A stretch of 64,000 nucleotides of DNA from Amoebidium appalachense (GCA_963693365.1 CAVNZM010000003.1:6455448-6519447); one strand, 5' to 3'; counted from the stretch's first letter, positions 33,088 to 58,800 are shown. Notes: generated from the sequence alone by a model not told the origin. Numbers and translations: made by a program.

Positions 33088-33453
33088 TATAGCCCAAAGG
33101 AAAGGGCGGGAGAAAGCGAGGGGAGAGCAGAAATGGGGGACAAGTGTGTGTGGTGGGGAGTAAGTGTGTGTGGAGAAGGGGCGGGGAGGGTGGGAAGGAG
33201 CCTAGAAGTGGGTAAGAGAAAAGTGGCAGAGAAGGCGCAGGCAGGGATGGTTGTTAGGGATGGGCGAGGTGTTTGGGGGGGAGAAAAAAAAGGGGGGGGG
33301 GGGGGGGGGGGGTTTCTATAATTTCGATACCAAATTCGGGCCCATCGTCTCCAGACCCGTTATGGCCGATCTCACATCTGCCAGAGCATCTTCAAGACCA
33401 AAGGGGTCAATGGGTGGGGGCAGGGGAATGTCGACAGGTGATTGGTTGGCCAT
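26639..33453 (-). CDS. TFIIS: Divergent transcription elongation factor TFIIS-family protein (helical N-domain, TFIIS central domain II, C4 Zn-ribbon domain III); ~276 aa
   Basis: complement join of 33331..33453, 32149..32344, 31316..31375, 30552..30599, 29970..30027, 29394..29490, 28591..28659, 27727..27804, 26639..26740 (831 nt, phases consistent). Domain II-like: PIRAKSVGLLQGAL...AAAIEKNVFEKHPDTDRAYKMEIRRLGANLGPEGNADLRHQVLTGQIPPQEIAQMNPDDMARPDIKAEKERAYGEAVRNAQ. Zn ribbon: CEACKSTNTEYAQVQIENADEGMTILAACKNCGRHWR. One intron needs a GC donor. The extreme C-terminus is uncertain (possible GTATAC donor after HWR). Confidence 0.85.
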
Positions 33454-33674
33454 GGCTGAAACTGCGGAAAATTACCTTATATGGTTAGATTTATTTCTCA
33501 ATTATTTGTGGGTAGATTTTGCGCGGTGGATTCAAAAGGTGTGTGGGTAGGCGGGTATGGGGGGCAGGTTGGGGTGGGAAAAGAAAAGAAAATTTGGGGT
33601 TAAATTTGCGGCAGCATATGTGATGATAAGATTTAGTGTGTATGTGTGTTTGTGTATGTGGCGGTGGTGGTGGT

Positions 33675-33712
<38 letters not shown>

Positions 33713-34071
33713 GGGGGGGGGGGGGGGGGGGGAAGGGCTAGTGGACACATTTCATTCTTGATCACTAAACCTAATTAGTATACCTGCGCCAGTCCTGCCA
33801 CAATTTGTCATCTCGGGGTGTTATTTTTACTTTCTTTCCCTTTTTCTTCCATCTCTCACTTTCTCTTCCTTATTGGGGCTAATCTCGTGCCTGAAAAGTC
33901 GACTGGTGGGAATCAACCTTAAGGCTTGTAGGTGATCATGATCCTGAAAGGGAGAAGAAGGGGGGGAGGGGGGGGGGGGGGGAGGGAGGGGGGATTCAGC
34001 AGGTTTTGCCGATTTGTGGGACTTGTATAACTGTGGGTGGGTACCGGCCCCGGGGGGAGGAGGGAGGGGAA

Positions 34072-34105
<34 letters not shown>

Positions 34106-35468
34106 GGGGGGGGGGGGGGGGGGGGGGGGGAGTTCCACCCCACAGCACGTTCAAGGAGCAGCCTGCGGAGTAGCTGTAAGCTTGTTGTTTTAGCAGTGAA
34201 GAAAAATACAAAAAAAAAAACAAAAAAAAACGGAGGAGAATAATGTTACGGCAACGTTAAGGGAACAACCAAACCCAGAAAATAGAGAGGCTTTGTTTTG
34301 GTTTTGGTCGTGTGTGCCCATGTCTGAAGAAAACCAAATGACAGAAGTTCATGGTTTTGACAGCTGCCAAAGTCTTGTAACGTGGGCGCCGACCACATTA
34401 CATCATCATAAGAGGCTAAACCATTGTGTGTGTCATTATGGTTAGACATGTGACACGTGTGTGCCCCAATTTTGGATCGTGGTTTCGTAACGTGCAGCGC
34501 TGGAAGTACCGTGAGAATACTTGTTTCCTACCATGGTATGTACGGGTGTACCTTTAAACTAAGCCACCTTAAAGAATTAACATTCACTTTTCCCTGTTGA
34601 CGGCTTGAGATACGAAGGTCAGGACCCCCCCCCCCCCCCCCCGGAAAAAAATAATAAACAAAAACCAGTCATCCAGTTCCCTTTCAATTAGACTCTTTCC
34701 AAATAAAAAGGCATAGCGATGTTGTTTATTTCTCTGCAACTGCGTTTCTTGAGTGCTACGAGCCGAACTGCAAGTTTTAATCACAGAAAGCACTCTGTCA
34801 GTTAGATCTGGCGCAACGGCAACCCTTTTCCCATTCCCGCCGTTTTTCAAATCGACACCTTGTTATTCCTTCGCTTCTAAAGGATTACACAGGAGAAGCT
34901 CACATTTCAAGTGACTATCTATGATAAGGGCAACTCTACGGACCGTGAACCATCCTTAAATTCATTGTACACGAGCCATACCAGAGGATAATTCTTTTCA
35001 CTCTCAAATCTAGCTAGGACCCCCCCCCCTCCCCCCCCTCTTCCTCCCCCTCCCCCCCCCCCCCCCCCCCCTGGCAACCGCCCCCTCCCCCCCCCCCCCC
35101 CCTCCCCCTTTTCCCAGGGCAAGGCGAAAAAGCCTACTTCCTTGTGCGTGTGTGCGTTACAGTTAAAGTTTGGGTGTTCGATGTGCCCCTGTGTGTGTGT
35201 GTGTGTAGAAGCGGCCGGGGGTGGGTGGGTGGGGGGGGGGGGGGGGGGAGGAAGGGGGCTGCTCAACTTGCTCTGCTCTGCCCTGTGTGTATGTTAACCA
35301 TGGATGATTGTGTGATTTTAGTGTAAAACTATGTGCCGTGCATGCATTTACTATGTGTGTGTGCGTGTGTGGCGCAACTTTGCAGGAAGAGAGGGAGGTA
35401 GGGGAAAGGGGTGGACTTCAGCTGAATGGCAAACACGATCGTGTGTGTGTGTATGTGTGTTGGGGGCC

Positions 35469-35506
<38 letters not shown>

Positions 35507-35719
35507 GGGGGGGGGGGGGGGAGGAGGAGGGAGGAGGGGGAGGGTGGCATTTTCTTACTTTAATTTTTATTTTATTTTCTATTGATTTTTTTTCCGCGGG
35601 GGGGGGGGGGGGGGGGGAGGGGGGGGGAGGGGGGGGGAGGGCAGAGTGGAGGCTATAGGTCTAGTACGATTGCGGTATCCGTACCACTGTTTACTCTCCT
35701 CATTCCTGCAGTATCAACA

Positions 35720-35983
35720 AATATCCACTTGCAATATCACAGCATATGTCCAATTGCAATATCACAGCACATATCCACTTGCAATTAATATCCCAGCACA
35801 TATCCACTTGCATTTACATTACGGTATCTCATAAATCCATTTGCATTTATTTACGGTATCTCAGCATATATCCATTTGCATTTACACTACGGTATCTCAG
35901 CACATATATATCCATTTTAGTACATTACGGTATCTCAGCATATATCCATTTGCAATTATTTACGGTATCTCAGCATATATCCA
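35720..35983. repeat. AT-rich minisatellite, about 9 degenerate units of 25-35 bp
   Basis: Recurrent (TACGG)TATCTCAGCATATATCCATTTGCA(TTTA) / TATCACAGCACATATCCACTTGCAA in the divergent intergenic region between the TFIIS-like and LRR genes. Confidence 0.85.
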
Positions 35984-36237
35984 CAGGTAGAAGCTGAGCA
36001 GTGGACGTGACATTATATTGTTCTCTGCGGTTTGGGGTAGGCCTAGGGAAGGGGAGGGGGGAGGGGGGATGGATCAAAACAAATTGTCATATAGCCTGGT
36101 ATTTCTTGAGGTTAGGTGTTCGGGAAAACCCACTCCGTGACGTTTTAATATTGTCTACGAGGTGACATTTACATGCAAAAATGTTTGTGTATGTACATAT
36201 GCGTGTTTGTGTGTGCGTGTGTGTGCGTGTGCGTGCG

Positions 36238-36276
<39 letters not shown>

Positions 36277-36286
36277 CTGTGTGTGT

Positions 36287-36329
<43 letters not shown>

Positions 36330-36833
36330 ACGAAAGGTGCCTGTGCACGCGTGTGTCCGAGTCACACGGTGACACCAACAAAGGCCTTGGCACAAAAACT
36401 GCCCGATTAAGTGCACATAAAACCGGGACTGCACTTATACATTCATGGATTGATACGTATGTAACGTTTCAGTGGCGCGCAGCGGCAGAAAGTGCCCATT
36501 CTAAGCTTATCTTTATACCTGATAGGATAATCTGCGCCATATCTGCGTAGCCTATTCTTTCACCTTGTTTGTTTTTGTGCACGGTGTTTCTAGATGGCCG
36601 TGGTTTTTGTATGTTTTTCCCCTTCTCCCAAATGCCTCAGTATACCTTAGGCTATAGTTTTTTATACTTCATTGACGAAAAGGACTCAAGTTCTCACGCG
36701 CACACGCACACTAACACGTACGCTTGATCTCATCTCCCTTCGTCTTCTGCTCACTCTCTAGTGCCAGTCTTTCTCTCCGTGCTTCCCGGTGGAATAAGAT
36801 CCATAGATTCCTGAACCCGCACACGCACACACG

Positions 36834-36866
<33 letters not shown>

Positions 36867-37083
36867 ACACACACACGCACGCACACGCACACGGACGCAA
36901 ATATCGGGCGCGCAACTAGCGTCCACTTTTACCCAAAAGACACACCAACCCAATCTCTTTTTTTGGTCCACCAACACAACCCAACTACAAGTAAATACAT
37001 GCACCCTGTTTTCCTTTTAACAACCCGTGTCACACGATCTATCAAGGACGAGTACACATAGCCCTATTTACGCAAAACCGAGA

Positions 37084-46673
<9,590 letters not shown>

Positions 46674-47645
46674 ACGGGGTTTGCTTGTTGCTATGCACAC
46701 GTGTTTATGTACACGTGCATGTGCATGTGTATGTGTGCGCGCACATACGCACTTGTATGCGCAATGCCTGGATAATGCCTATTGTCTGAATATGTGCACG
46801 TGCGTGGGATTGACTTGACTTGCGCTTTGTGTGCGCGCGGAATTGTGGAATAATGGGGTTACACAGGGTTTGCTCACGATATATATAGAAGCATACATAT
46901 GCATGTCTGCTTAGCAGAGTATTGCTTGTGTTTTTTGTTTCGGTTTTAGCAGAGTTTTGTTGAAGGTTTTTCGAGGATTATTGCTTGTTTTTTCCTTCCC
47001 CCCCAGTTTATGCCGGTTAAAGAGGTGATGTCCCATACAGCTGAGGCCGTGATGTTTATCGATGCACCACATGAACTGTGTGTGCGCAAAAGCACTAAGT
47101 AACACTGTGAATCTAGTACCCTGCTATTGTCTTCCCTCTTACACCTTCCCCACAAAAAATGGCGTTATACACGTAGGTGTTCCCTTTGGTATGTGCCCTT
47201 TCACACGATGGTTTTTTTTTTTTTGCTTTTTGTTTCACTTTGGTGCTTCGGTACAAGTTTTGTTATCTACAGGGATCAGGGCCTTATCTCGATAAAGATC
47301 AAAGGACTGTGCGGTACACACAAACAAAAAACCATTTAACCGTTTATACTCTTTCTATTTGCTAGAATTTAAATTTGTGATACCGATATCATACTAACAA
47401 TTGACAGGGATGTATCACAGCACAGTCTACATTTTGTATATCCACCAGCACATATCTCGGACATTTATGCCGCCTTTTTTTTTTTTTTTTGTGCAGGTCA
47501 AAAGAGCAAATGTACATGTGGTGAGGGTTAAATGCTGGTCACGGGTTGGCCGGTACATTGTATGCAGCTGTGGGTGTTGTCGAATAGAACTGTGCATTTG
47601 GTTCAAGATGCTCCCCGAGCAGTGGCTGTCAAACTCGGATCAAAT

Positions 47646-47740
<95 letters not shown>
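47646..47740. repeat. Poly-G tract (95 nt)
   Basis: Uninterrupted G run; one of many long G/C homopolymers. The length may be inexact in the assembly. Confidence 0.9.
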
Positions 47741-47743
<3 letters not shown>

Positions 47744-47949
47744 TGTGTGCGGCTTTTGTGCCCACGTGGGTGTCCAGTACATGTGTGCGCGTGCACATCC
47801 GTACGTGTTTTTTTGGAAACCGGAGGCCTCTTGGGGGAGGAAAGCCTAGTGCCTAGAACGCCCTCATCCACTGACCGACTCGAGACAGCTCCATCAGCTG
47901 TATTTTTTTTTTGTTGCCCTTATAAACAACGAGAGCAATAAGATCTGGT

Positions 47950-48600
47950 GTTACCTCCATGAGAAAGTACCTAACAACCGAAATCCAAGTTATAAAGTAG
48001 CAAATTATCTCCTCGGTAAAGGTCAGCACAAGTAGCTAAAGATCCAGACTCCTGTTCAACTACACAACAAACAAAAATTACACGAACTCAGAAGGTTCCA
48101 TCGAGATGGGAAGCCACGAAGAAAAAGAAGACCCAAAGAACATTACAGGACCATTCAGAAATACTTTCCCAAATGGAGCTCAGAGAGCTTGATTATTATT
48201 TAGAGCCGAGCATCACGAAAAAACGTGATCAACAAACAAGACCTACTAAGCCATCGCTGTCTTGTATGTATGCATGAGCCCAGCCGACATCCCTCAAATC
48301 TGGTATACATGTAGAAAGTACACCACAGCCTCAATAAAAACTTAAAAATACGTTTGGCCTCTCAATTTGTTACACCCTCTATAAAAACCTACACGTAAAA
48401 CTATTTAAGATTCCGGTGACAAAAATATTCTCCGAATCCCTTTCTTCACAAAACAAAACCCATCTTGTAAACGCAGGCACACCACAGAACAATAAACAAC
48501 GAAGAAAATATTATTGACCTCTTAATTCTATAAACTTTATCTATACGTAAAACTATAAAAAGTAACCGATGACAGCATTTAATCTTCCTTCGTCACAAAA
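47950..48600 (+). mobile_element. Possible highly degenerate non-LTR retrotransposon 3' remnant
   Basis: A-rich, microsatellite-free stretch. With one frameshift, ~48253-48320 reads HRCLVCMHEP/ADIPQIWYTCRKY, resembling the C-x2-C...(H)-x4-C knuckle of LINE ORF2. Weak evidence. Confidence 0.25.
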
Positions 48601-48699
48601 CATGAAGAAAAAGGTGGGGCGCCGGGTCATGTTCCTTCCTTCAAAGATTTTTTTTTGTTGTGGGCGGTTTCACCGGCTTGACGGTTTGGGATTACGTGG

Positions 48700-50738
<2,039 letters not shown>

Positions 50739-51571
50739 GCACCTTGTTGGTGTGTGGGCACGTTGTACGCTATGTATCCCACCTTTTACGCGATGGTTGT
50801 TTATGGAACAGTATCAAACTTTATATCGACCAGGTTCATATGAAATGGTGCCTGGGGCACAGTAGATATCAATAAAGATCGTATGTGCACTGTAACCGTA
50901 CCACACAAACTGAGCTCGCAGCTGTGCAATGCTTAGGCCGTTGCTCGCCACGTTTTTTTGGTTGATCTGCGAAAGGTGTGTCCACAATGCAGCGTTTTGT
51001 TTGTTATTCCCAATATGGACATTACACAGCCGTCAGAACGTGGCGTGTAGGATTGATTTTGCAAAATGCCCTCAGAAATATTGTTTTACTCAGAAATATT
51101 GTGTACCTTGCTACTAGATGCATCTACACCAACAGCCCCAACACTCGCTTCAGTGAACATGCACCCAGAAGTGGCCATGCACGCTTTCCTCGTGAATATT
51201 ATAAGTCACTGGCCCCTCGTCGAACGAATGTGCTTTCTTTTTTATTCCACTTCTTGGTTCTCTCTCGCTGCCCTCCCTCTCCCCCCTCCCCCCCCCTCCC
51301 CCCCCCCCCCCCCCCCCCCCCCCGGGTACCTAGGTGTCTATCTCCTCCACTTCAATGTTCAAAAAGGGCGATAATTGGCTTTTGCACAGATACAGCTCTC
51401 GCGAAGCACAGCCAACACACTGTTCGGCTTACATGCACACACTTCGTGTGCATGCACCATCGTGAGAGAGATCGATGTCAAGCAACTCCTAATTTATTAT
51501 GGCCTCGGCACCAAGTTATATTTGGGGGTGGGGGGTGACCGTGGTGGTGGTGGTGGAGAGAAGGGAACGGA

Positions 51572-51631
51572 TTCAACTCGAACCAAGAGTTGAGGCCTGA
51601 GAGAAAGGGAATTAATAAATAGGATTTGGGG

Positions 51632-51666
<35 letters not shown>

Positions 51667-51720
51667 CAACTCGAACCAAGAGTTGAGGCCTGAGAGAAAG
51701 GGAATTAATAAATAGGATTT
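51572..51720. repeat. Local duplication of a 56-bp segment separated by a G-run (93-bp period)
   Basis: TTCAACTCGAACCAAGAGTTGAGGCCTGAGAGAAAGGGAATTAATAAATAGGATTT at 51572-51627 and 51665-51720. Confidence 0.9.
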
Positions 51721-52446
51721 GGGGGGGGGGGGGGGGGGGAGGGGATGGGGGGGGGATGGGGGAAGCGGAGGGAGGGGGACGGGGGAGGATAAGGTTGAGG
51801 GAGAGCCCCCGCAGACTCGGGGGGAGGAGGAAGGGGTGTGCACAGGCTATATGGGCTGGAACAACCACATCTGTACCGAAGAACAAATTCTAAAGAGAAC
51901 TCCAAGGCACCAGCGTTAAAACCAACAATACTGAGGAGAAGATTATTCATGGTGCGACCATATGGCGCTTGGTGGCTACGCGGACATGTACTGCTTGAGT
52001 GCAGCACGTGCCAAGTACATACATCATTGTATGGGCTGGCGTGATCCAGGCCTACCAGGCCACAAGGAACAAACAGAAAGTTCCTGCAAGTAAAGAACCC
52101 AAATCACTTCGGCAATTTGGTGTGGCCCAAATGCCAGTGGGCAACTAGCCCACCGTATACGGTATGCATAAGTAGAAGAGGTATCCCCTTTACAGTTGAT
52201 AGTGTTACCTCAGCAGCACAAATTTAGCAGAACCTTGTGTAAGCTAAAGGAGATTTGGTTACAGATTGTACGAAAAACATATCGAAGCAGCACTGTCGTT
52301 TCTCGAAGGCTCTAGGGTAGCAAGGAGATGTTTTCGACACTGTGACAGTGTGGTTTGTGCAATAAATGAAAAGGTGTATGCACGTGCGTGAGTGGAAGAG
52401 CTAGAGGATAAAAAAGTCTTGGAGGGTGTGTAGGTCATGTACATCG

Positions 52447-52541
<95 letters not shown>

Positions 52542-52769
52542 TATATGTGTGTGTGTGTGTGTGCGTGTGTGCGTGCGCGCGCGCACACGTGTGTGCGTGC
52601 ATGTAAGTATGTGTGTACGTGTGTGTGTGTGTGTGTGTGTGTACTTCACCATAAAGGCTTGTGTATGAGACGGTGTATGCACGACCCTACAAGTGGAAGC
52701 GATATAAGAGGAATAAATCTTCGAGCTGATATGTATGTCGTGTGCATCGGTGTGTGTGTGTGTGTTTGT

Positions 52770-52892
<123 letters not shown>

Positions 52893-53799
52893 GGTGGGTG
52901 CGCGCGCGCGCGTGTGTGTGTGTGTGTGTGTGGGTGCTTGACTATAACGATTTGTGTATAAAACTTTGTATACACGAGCGTGAATGGAAGCCGTAGAATT
53001 CGAAGCAGCTTAAATCTTATAGCCGGTATGTATGTCGTGTGTGTGTGTTTGTTTGTATTTGTGTGTGTGTGTGTGTGCGTGTGTGTGTGCGTGTGTGTGT
53101 GCGTATATGTGCGTGTGCCTGTGTGTGTGTTTCCCTTATATGAGTGTAGTTGTTGCGTAGTCTGGATCTGACTTGGATAGGTATGTGTGGTGCAGTAGTT
53201 CACGTGTGGATCTACACCTAGAGAAGCTGCAGGAGCGGAGATTTGCGGGGGTGTGGTGTAGTGAGGGGAGGAGGGGAGGGGGAGAGGGGGAGGGAGGAGA
53301 GGGGGTGGGGGGAGGCTGCTGTTCATCATCGTACATATGAGTTGTCACGAGGAATTCCGGCAGCGTGATGTAATGCGGGTGGGGGAGGGATGGGGGAGAC
53401 GGGAGTGGGGGCCACAAGTGGTGGGTGTGTGGGTGCAGTGTGTTGCCGCTCAAACGGCATGGGCATGAAGGGGAAAACAAGAAAAAGCTTATATAGCAGT
53501 CCGGCAGGGCGGGCTAAGCGCTAGCTTGTAACACAGCTTGATACTTGATAGTAAAAACAGCACTCTGAAGAGGTAGGTCTATACGAAGGAAGCCCTAGGT
53601 ATAGGGAGATCGGATGATAACTGGCTAAAAAAATACAATAATTGATAATAATTTACAAAAATAAAAAACATAAACCCAATAACCAAAACCCTATGTGTGT
53701 CTGGGCCCTAAATGGGGGGGCTGCCGCCCCCCCAACCCCCCGCTAGAGGGGCCTGACGGCCCCTTTAGTCGCTTGGGGATCGAATCGTTCTCCCCTGAT

Positions 53800-54040
53800 A
53801 TTACGTCATCGGATCGTGTTTTGTCCAGTCAGGTGCGCGGGGATTTCCGGCGTATGGACTTTGGTCGACTCTGAAAACCCGGTGGGGCGGATCACGTCTT
53901 TGTTTGTGCTCTTGTTTACGGCCATGCGTCATGACGTCAGGCACGCACGGTGACGCGACAAGAAACACTAGTTCCCATTGGTGCAATTCAACCCAATCAA
54001 AGAAAATAGCGCGCAATCTCACCAATCAGATGGGGCGGTT
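53800..54040 (+). promoter_or_regulatory. Putative promoter of the MFS transporter (CRE, CCAAT, GC box)
   Basis: TTACGTCA at 53801, palindromic TGACGTCA at 53932-53939, CCAATC at ~53993 and ~54022, GGGGCGG at ~54032; 300-500 bp upstream of the ATG. Motif matches only. Confidence 0.4.
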
Positions 54041-54331
54041 GAGGGTAAATATCCCCTGGAATGTGATCTTGCATAGCTCATGTGGGTGCGATTGATGTCC
54101 TGCCTATGTCTCTCCGACTCTCTCGCGGCCGACGTGTGCGCACATAAAAGAAGAAAACGTTGAACAAACACAGTCATTTTCGAAGTAGGAAAAAAAAAGT
54201 GTACAGAAAACAAGCAGTTCATATAGTGCTCACAAGATTAAGTTATTGCTCGCAGTGAAGTTAATTACAGTTCCCGCATGCAGAACATATGAAGAAAAGA
54301 GTTCAGGAGAGAATACTCACACACAACCAAA

Positions 54332-54878
54332 ATGGCACAGCATCAGGACACCACACACAACCCCGACCCAGGGGGGAAAGAAAAGTCAGAGATCTGTGTG
54401 CAGGGCTTAGACCGGAGGACTGGGGGTGCTATTGAGGTTACAGTGGCAACGGAAAAAACTGCTGGGGTCTCAAGCTCTATTCAAACACCGTCTAAAGCTC
54501 GCGCACTGTTTATGATTTTCTTTGCCATATTTATCATGCTCACAACATCGGGTGTTGTATTCGGGTACGCTGCAATCAAACCCATTCTCATCGCTGAAGG
54601 CGCATACGTTTTCAAGTGTGAAGGCGAAACTGGATATGATCCAGCATTAGGTTGCACGGACCAACTACTACAACTTAATCTCAAGGTGATTCTTTCGCCT
54701 ATCGTAATGGCACTCGCTACACTTTCCGGCATCGCTGGGGACCGGTTTGGGCCGAGAGTTATAGCCGTGGCTGGGTCAGTGATCTACGCACTAGGGCTGA
54801 TACTTCTGGGATTTTCTTCCGCCTCATTCTCAGGTATTTGCGTGTGCGTGTGTGTGTGCGTGTGTGTGTGTAGGTGTG

Positions 54879-54920
<42 letters not shown>

Positions 54921-55560
54921 CTGTGTGCATGCGTGTGCGTGCGTTTGTGTGTGTGTGTGTGTGCGCGCGCGGGTGCGTACAGGTGTGGATTGCGTGGGTG
55001 GGTTTGTGTTTCCCCGTCATCGTGTGTCGAGTGTTTTTGTGTATGTGCTTGTGCATGTGTGTATTGTGTGGTGTGGGTGGGTGCCCATGCACATCTTCTA
55101 GTAGTTGAAGAGCTATGCTTTGTGTGTGTGTGTGTTTGTGTATGCACACACGGGCAGGCGTATGGATATATGCTGGTGTGTTGTAGCTGAAACTGGTATG
55201 TGCGGGTGTATAATCGGGCATTGTGTGTATGTAGAAGCCCGGTGGTATATTTAAGTGTGTGTGTGTGTGTTGTGTGTGTGGATTCGTGCAGGGGTGCGTT
55301 CATGCGTGTGCACGTTGTGCATATTGGGTTCTATGGCATGCGCGCGCGCTTGTTTGTAAGGGGATCTGTGCCTTTGTGTGTGTGTGTGTGTGCGTGTGCG
55401 TGTATGTGTGTCTGTGTGCGTGCGCGGTTGCGTGTGCTTGTGTGGACATTTGTTGGCATGTGTAGAAACCATGGTGTGTGTGCGTTAGTGTGATTGGGAT
55501 ATGTGTAGTATGTGTAGAATATGGTGTGTGCATGTGTTCATTCGTGCGCGAGCGCATGTG

Positions 55561-55614
<54 letters not shown>

Positions 55615-55804
55615 GTGCGCGCGCGCGAGGATATGTGTGTATAGGCATGTGTATCTGCAACAAAGTATCTGTGAGACGGAGCTGCTGGTGGCACATTCAA
55701 GTTGTTGGGTGTAATGGCTGGCGCACGTGTTTGGTGCACGTGATTTGTGTTTTGCTGCAGGCACACATGTTGGCTCTTTGCGAAACTTCTGTTCTACCAC
55801 GTAC

Positions 55805-55849
<45 letters not shown>

Positions 55850-57023
55850 AAGAAAGGAAGAAAGAGAAAGCGCCCCTTCTCCCTGCCCACCCACACACCC
55901 TCTCTCTCTCTCTCTCTCTCTCTCTCGTGCGCGTGCACACACACAAACACACACACACGCACACGCACACGCACACACGCACACCTACACACACACACGC
56001 ACAGGCTATCTCCCCGGGTTCGTCTTCCTTGCTTTTGGTGGCTGCTCCATGTTTCTCGCCGTCCTTCATTTTGCAACTCTCTTCCCGGCCCACATGGGGT
56101 TAGTTAACGGAGCCATTAACGGTGCGTTTGACGGGTCCTCGATTATGATGACTATTTTCAAGTTTATAATCGATGAAACCGGGATTAAATCCCGGGTTTT
56201 GTGGTTTTCCTGCCTCACTATGCCACTTATGAACATTGTGTTTGCGTTCTTTTTCATTTCGCCGCGGCCGATTTCCTACGCTGATAGCTCGGAGGTTGCG
56301 ACTATGGAAACCGAAGAGGAAAATCCGGAAAAGAAACCGGTAAAAGAGCGATCCGGGCCTTACCCACTATACGACCTGACTCATTTGGGATGGAAAGAGC
56401 AATTGAAATCACCGGAACTTCTGCTTACGATCATTTCGATTACGGTGAATGAGGTGAGAATGATCTTTTACATTGCGACTTTGGCCGAACAGCTTCAGGA
56501 TTTGTTCGGAGTCGGACACCAACGCGACGCGATTGCCGAATTTTTCGATCTGGCGCTCCCGATCGGCAGCTTGATCTGCGTTCCTATTGTAGGGTTTATC
56601 CTGGATCGGTTCGGCCTGATCTTCATCTTCTTTACGATCGCCATCACCCAATTGTTTTCGGGCATTGTGCAGATGGTGCCTATCTATTGGCTGCAGTATC
56701 CCCAGATTATAACATTTGTGTTTTTCAGGGTATGTATGTACACTGGCGTTGCCGATTACTGCGGGCGTATGTTTGGGTATAAGACTTTTGGGCGTACTTA
56801 TGCGGCAATCATGTGTACGGCTGGGTGTGCGAATGTGATTTCGTATGGGTTGGATTATGTAGCTAAGAATGCGCTAGATGGGAAATATTTTTGGCCAAAT
56901 ATGGCTCTGACACTTCTGTCTCCTCTCACCTTTGTGCTCCCCTCGTTTTTAATGAAAAAGAACCGAAATATTCAGAGACAGCGTAGAATGATTCAGGAAA
57001 GTCAGGTGGCAGCTGCTCAGTAA
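54332..57023 (+). CDS. FMP42: Major facilitator superfamily transporter, FMP42 / SLC43 (LAT3/4, ENBT1)-like; 506 aa
   Basis: join(54332..54833,56005..57023), phase-1 GT-AG intron. SGVVFGYAAIKPILIAEGAY..C...Q...LNL is typical of FMP42/SLC43. MFS motif A-like GIAGDRFGPR and GFILDRFG; GAFDGSS; FGYKTFGRTY; about 12 hydrophobic segments. Confidence 0.9.
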
Positions 57024-57291
57024 GGGAAAAACGTTTTGAATGTCCGGTGTTTTTGGTTTCTCCCATTTTTTTTGCCCACACTGTTATCCCACATCGTTTT
57101 TATTCTAGCGGAACTTTTTGTTCCATTTTGTCCATAGGTGCTCTATGGTAGTTTGTATCGAATGTGTGAGGAAGGATGCTCTTTCTGAATGTGTATCTGT
57201 AAGTGTACATCTATTGGCAGAGAGAGTTAGCATGCTGTGGTAGCTTAGCAAACACTGTTAGCAAAATAATGGAACGACTTTTCCACACCCG

Positions 57292-57360
<69 letters not shown>

Positions 57361-57582
57361 CTTCTTTTACTTCTATGTCAGTGTCTGGATTCGATAATTT
57401 CTACAGCCCTGAAAGCCTGTGGCTTTGCTGCTTTTCCTTATAAAAATTTTTTTTTAAAAGAAAAACGATGAAAAAAAAATCGAACCGTGTTGAAGTTGTT
57501 CGCTGGGCTAACTGCATTCCGAAGGATCGTCATGGGTGTCAGTAGTTTTCCGTGTAGGCACACTCACATGGCGTGGTGTGTG

Positions 57583-57715
<133 letters not shown>

Positions 57716-58066
57716 TGGGGGGGGGGGGGGGGGGGGGAAGGGGGGGTTGGTAATTAGGGGCAGCAGTTGGTTGGGGTGACGTCGAATTTTTTTTGCCAAA
57801 CTGCCGCATTGGGGCTATCTTTCTTGCTTGCAATTGCCTTGGGTGCTTGTGCAGCTTTGCAGCTGTGTGAGTTTGTGTGTGTGTGTGTGTGTGTGTGCCG
57901 TGTTAAAGAGACTCAGTGTGTGAAGTGGAACAAAACTAAAGGAAGAAGAAAGAAAGAAAGAAAGAAGAAAGAAAGAAAGAAAGAGAGACAGAAAAACAAG
58001 GGGCTACATATACGTACCCCCCCCCCCCCCCCCTCCCGGCCCCCCCCCCTCCCACACACATCTCAG

Positions 58067-58230
<164 letters not shown>

Positions 58231-58420
58231 CCGCCGGCTGAAATCGCTAAGACATGTGACGTAGACCTGAGATACTTCCATTTCTGGAAATATCTCAGTG
58301 TGACGTCATTTCCAATTGGAATTTTCCCGGAAGTCTGTAGTCTGACGGGTACGTAGTCTAATTTGAACCGCTAGTCGTTAAACGCAACATATGATCCCTA
58401 TATGCATGCTTATCTGCGCA

Positions 58421-58703
58421 GAAATCGAGTGCCAAAACCAACAATACACACAGATCTACCTATACACACCCATCAAAAAATATGACCTTCTCAATGAGCA
58501 AAAGCAAAACCCTAAGGCTGCAGTATTTAACACAACACAAAGTGATGTTTCTCAAATTCCACGACGGAATGTATAGCACGTGCGCCGTTAAACCAAGGTG
58601 TGGTGAATGGGATAAGGTCCGATTCAACTGGCTACATCGACTTAAGTGGTTCACACGACACAAAACCAGTTTCTAAAAGACTAAGCGAACGAATTGACGG
58701 GGG

Positions 58704-58800
<97 letters not shown>

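Noticed and set aside
51860-52090. Exon-like open frame on the minus strand, and GHVLLEC (retrotransposon knuckle-like) on the plus strand
   Set aside because: Neither reading has supporting neighbouring motifs or exons.
53700-53770. GC-rich hairpins (GGGGGGGCTGCCGCCCCCCC; GGGGCCTGACGGCCCC) resembling transposon or Helitron subterminal hairpins
   Set aside because: No matching terminus, partner end or second copy was found in the window, so no element could be delimited.
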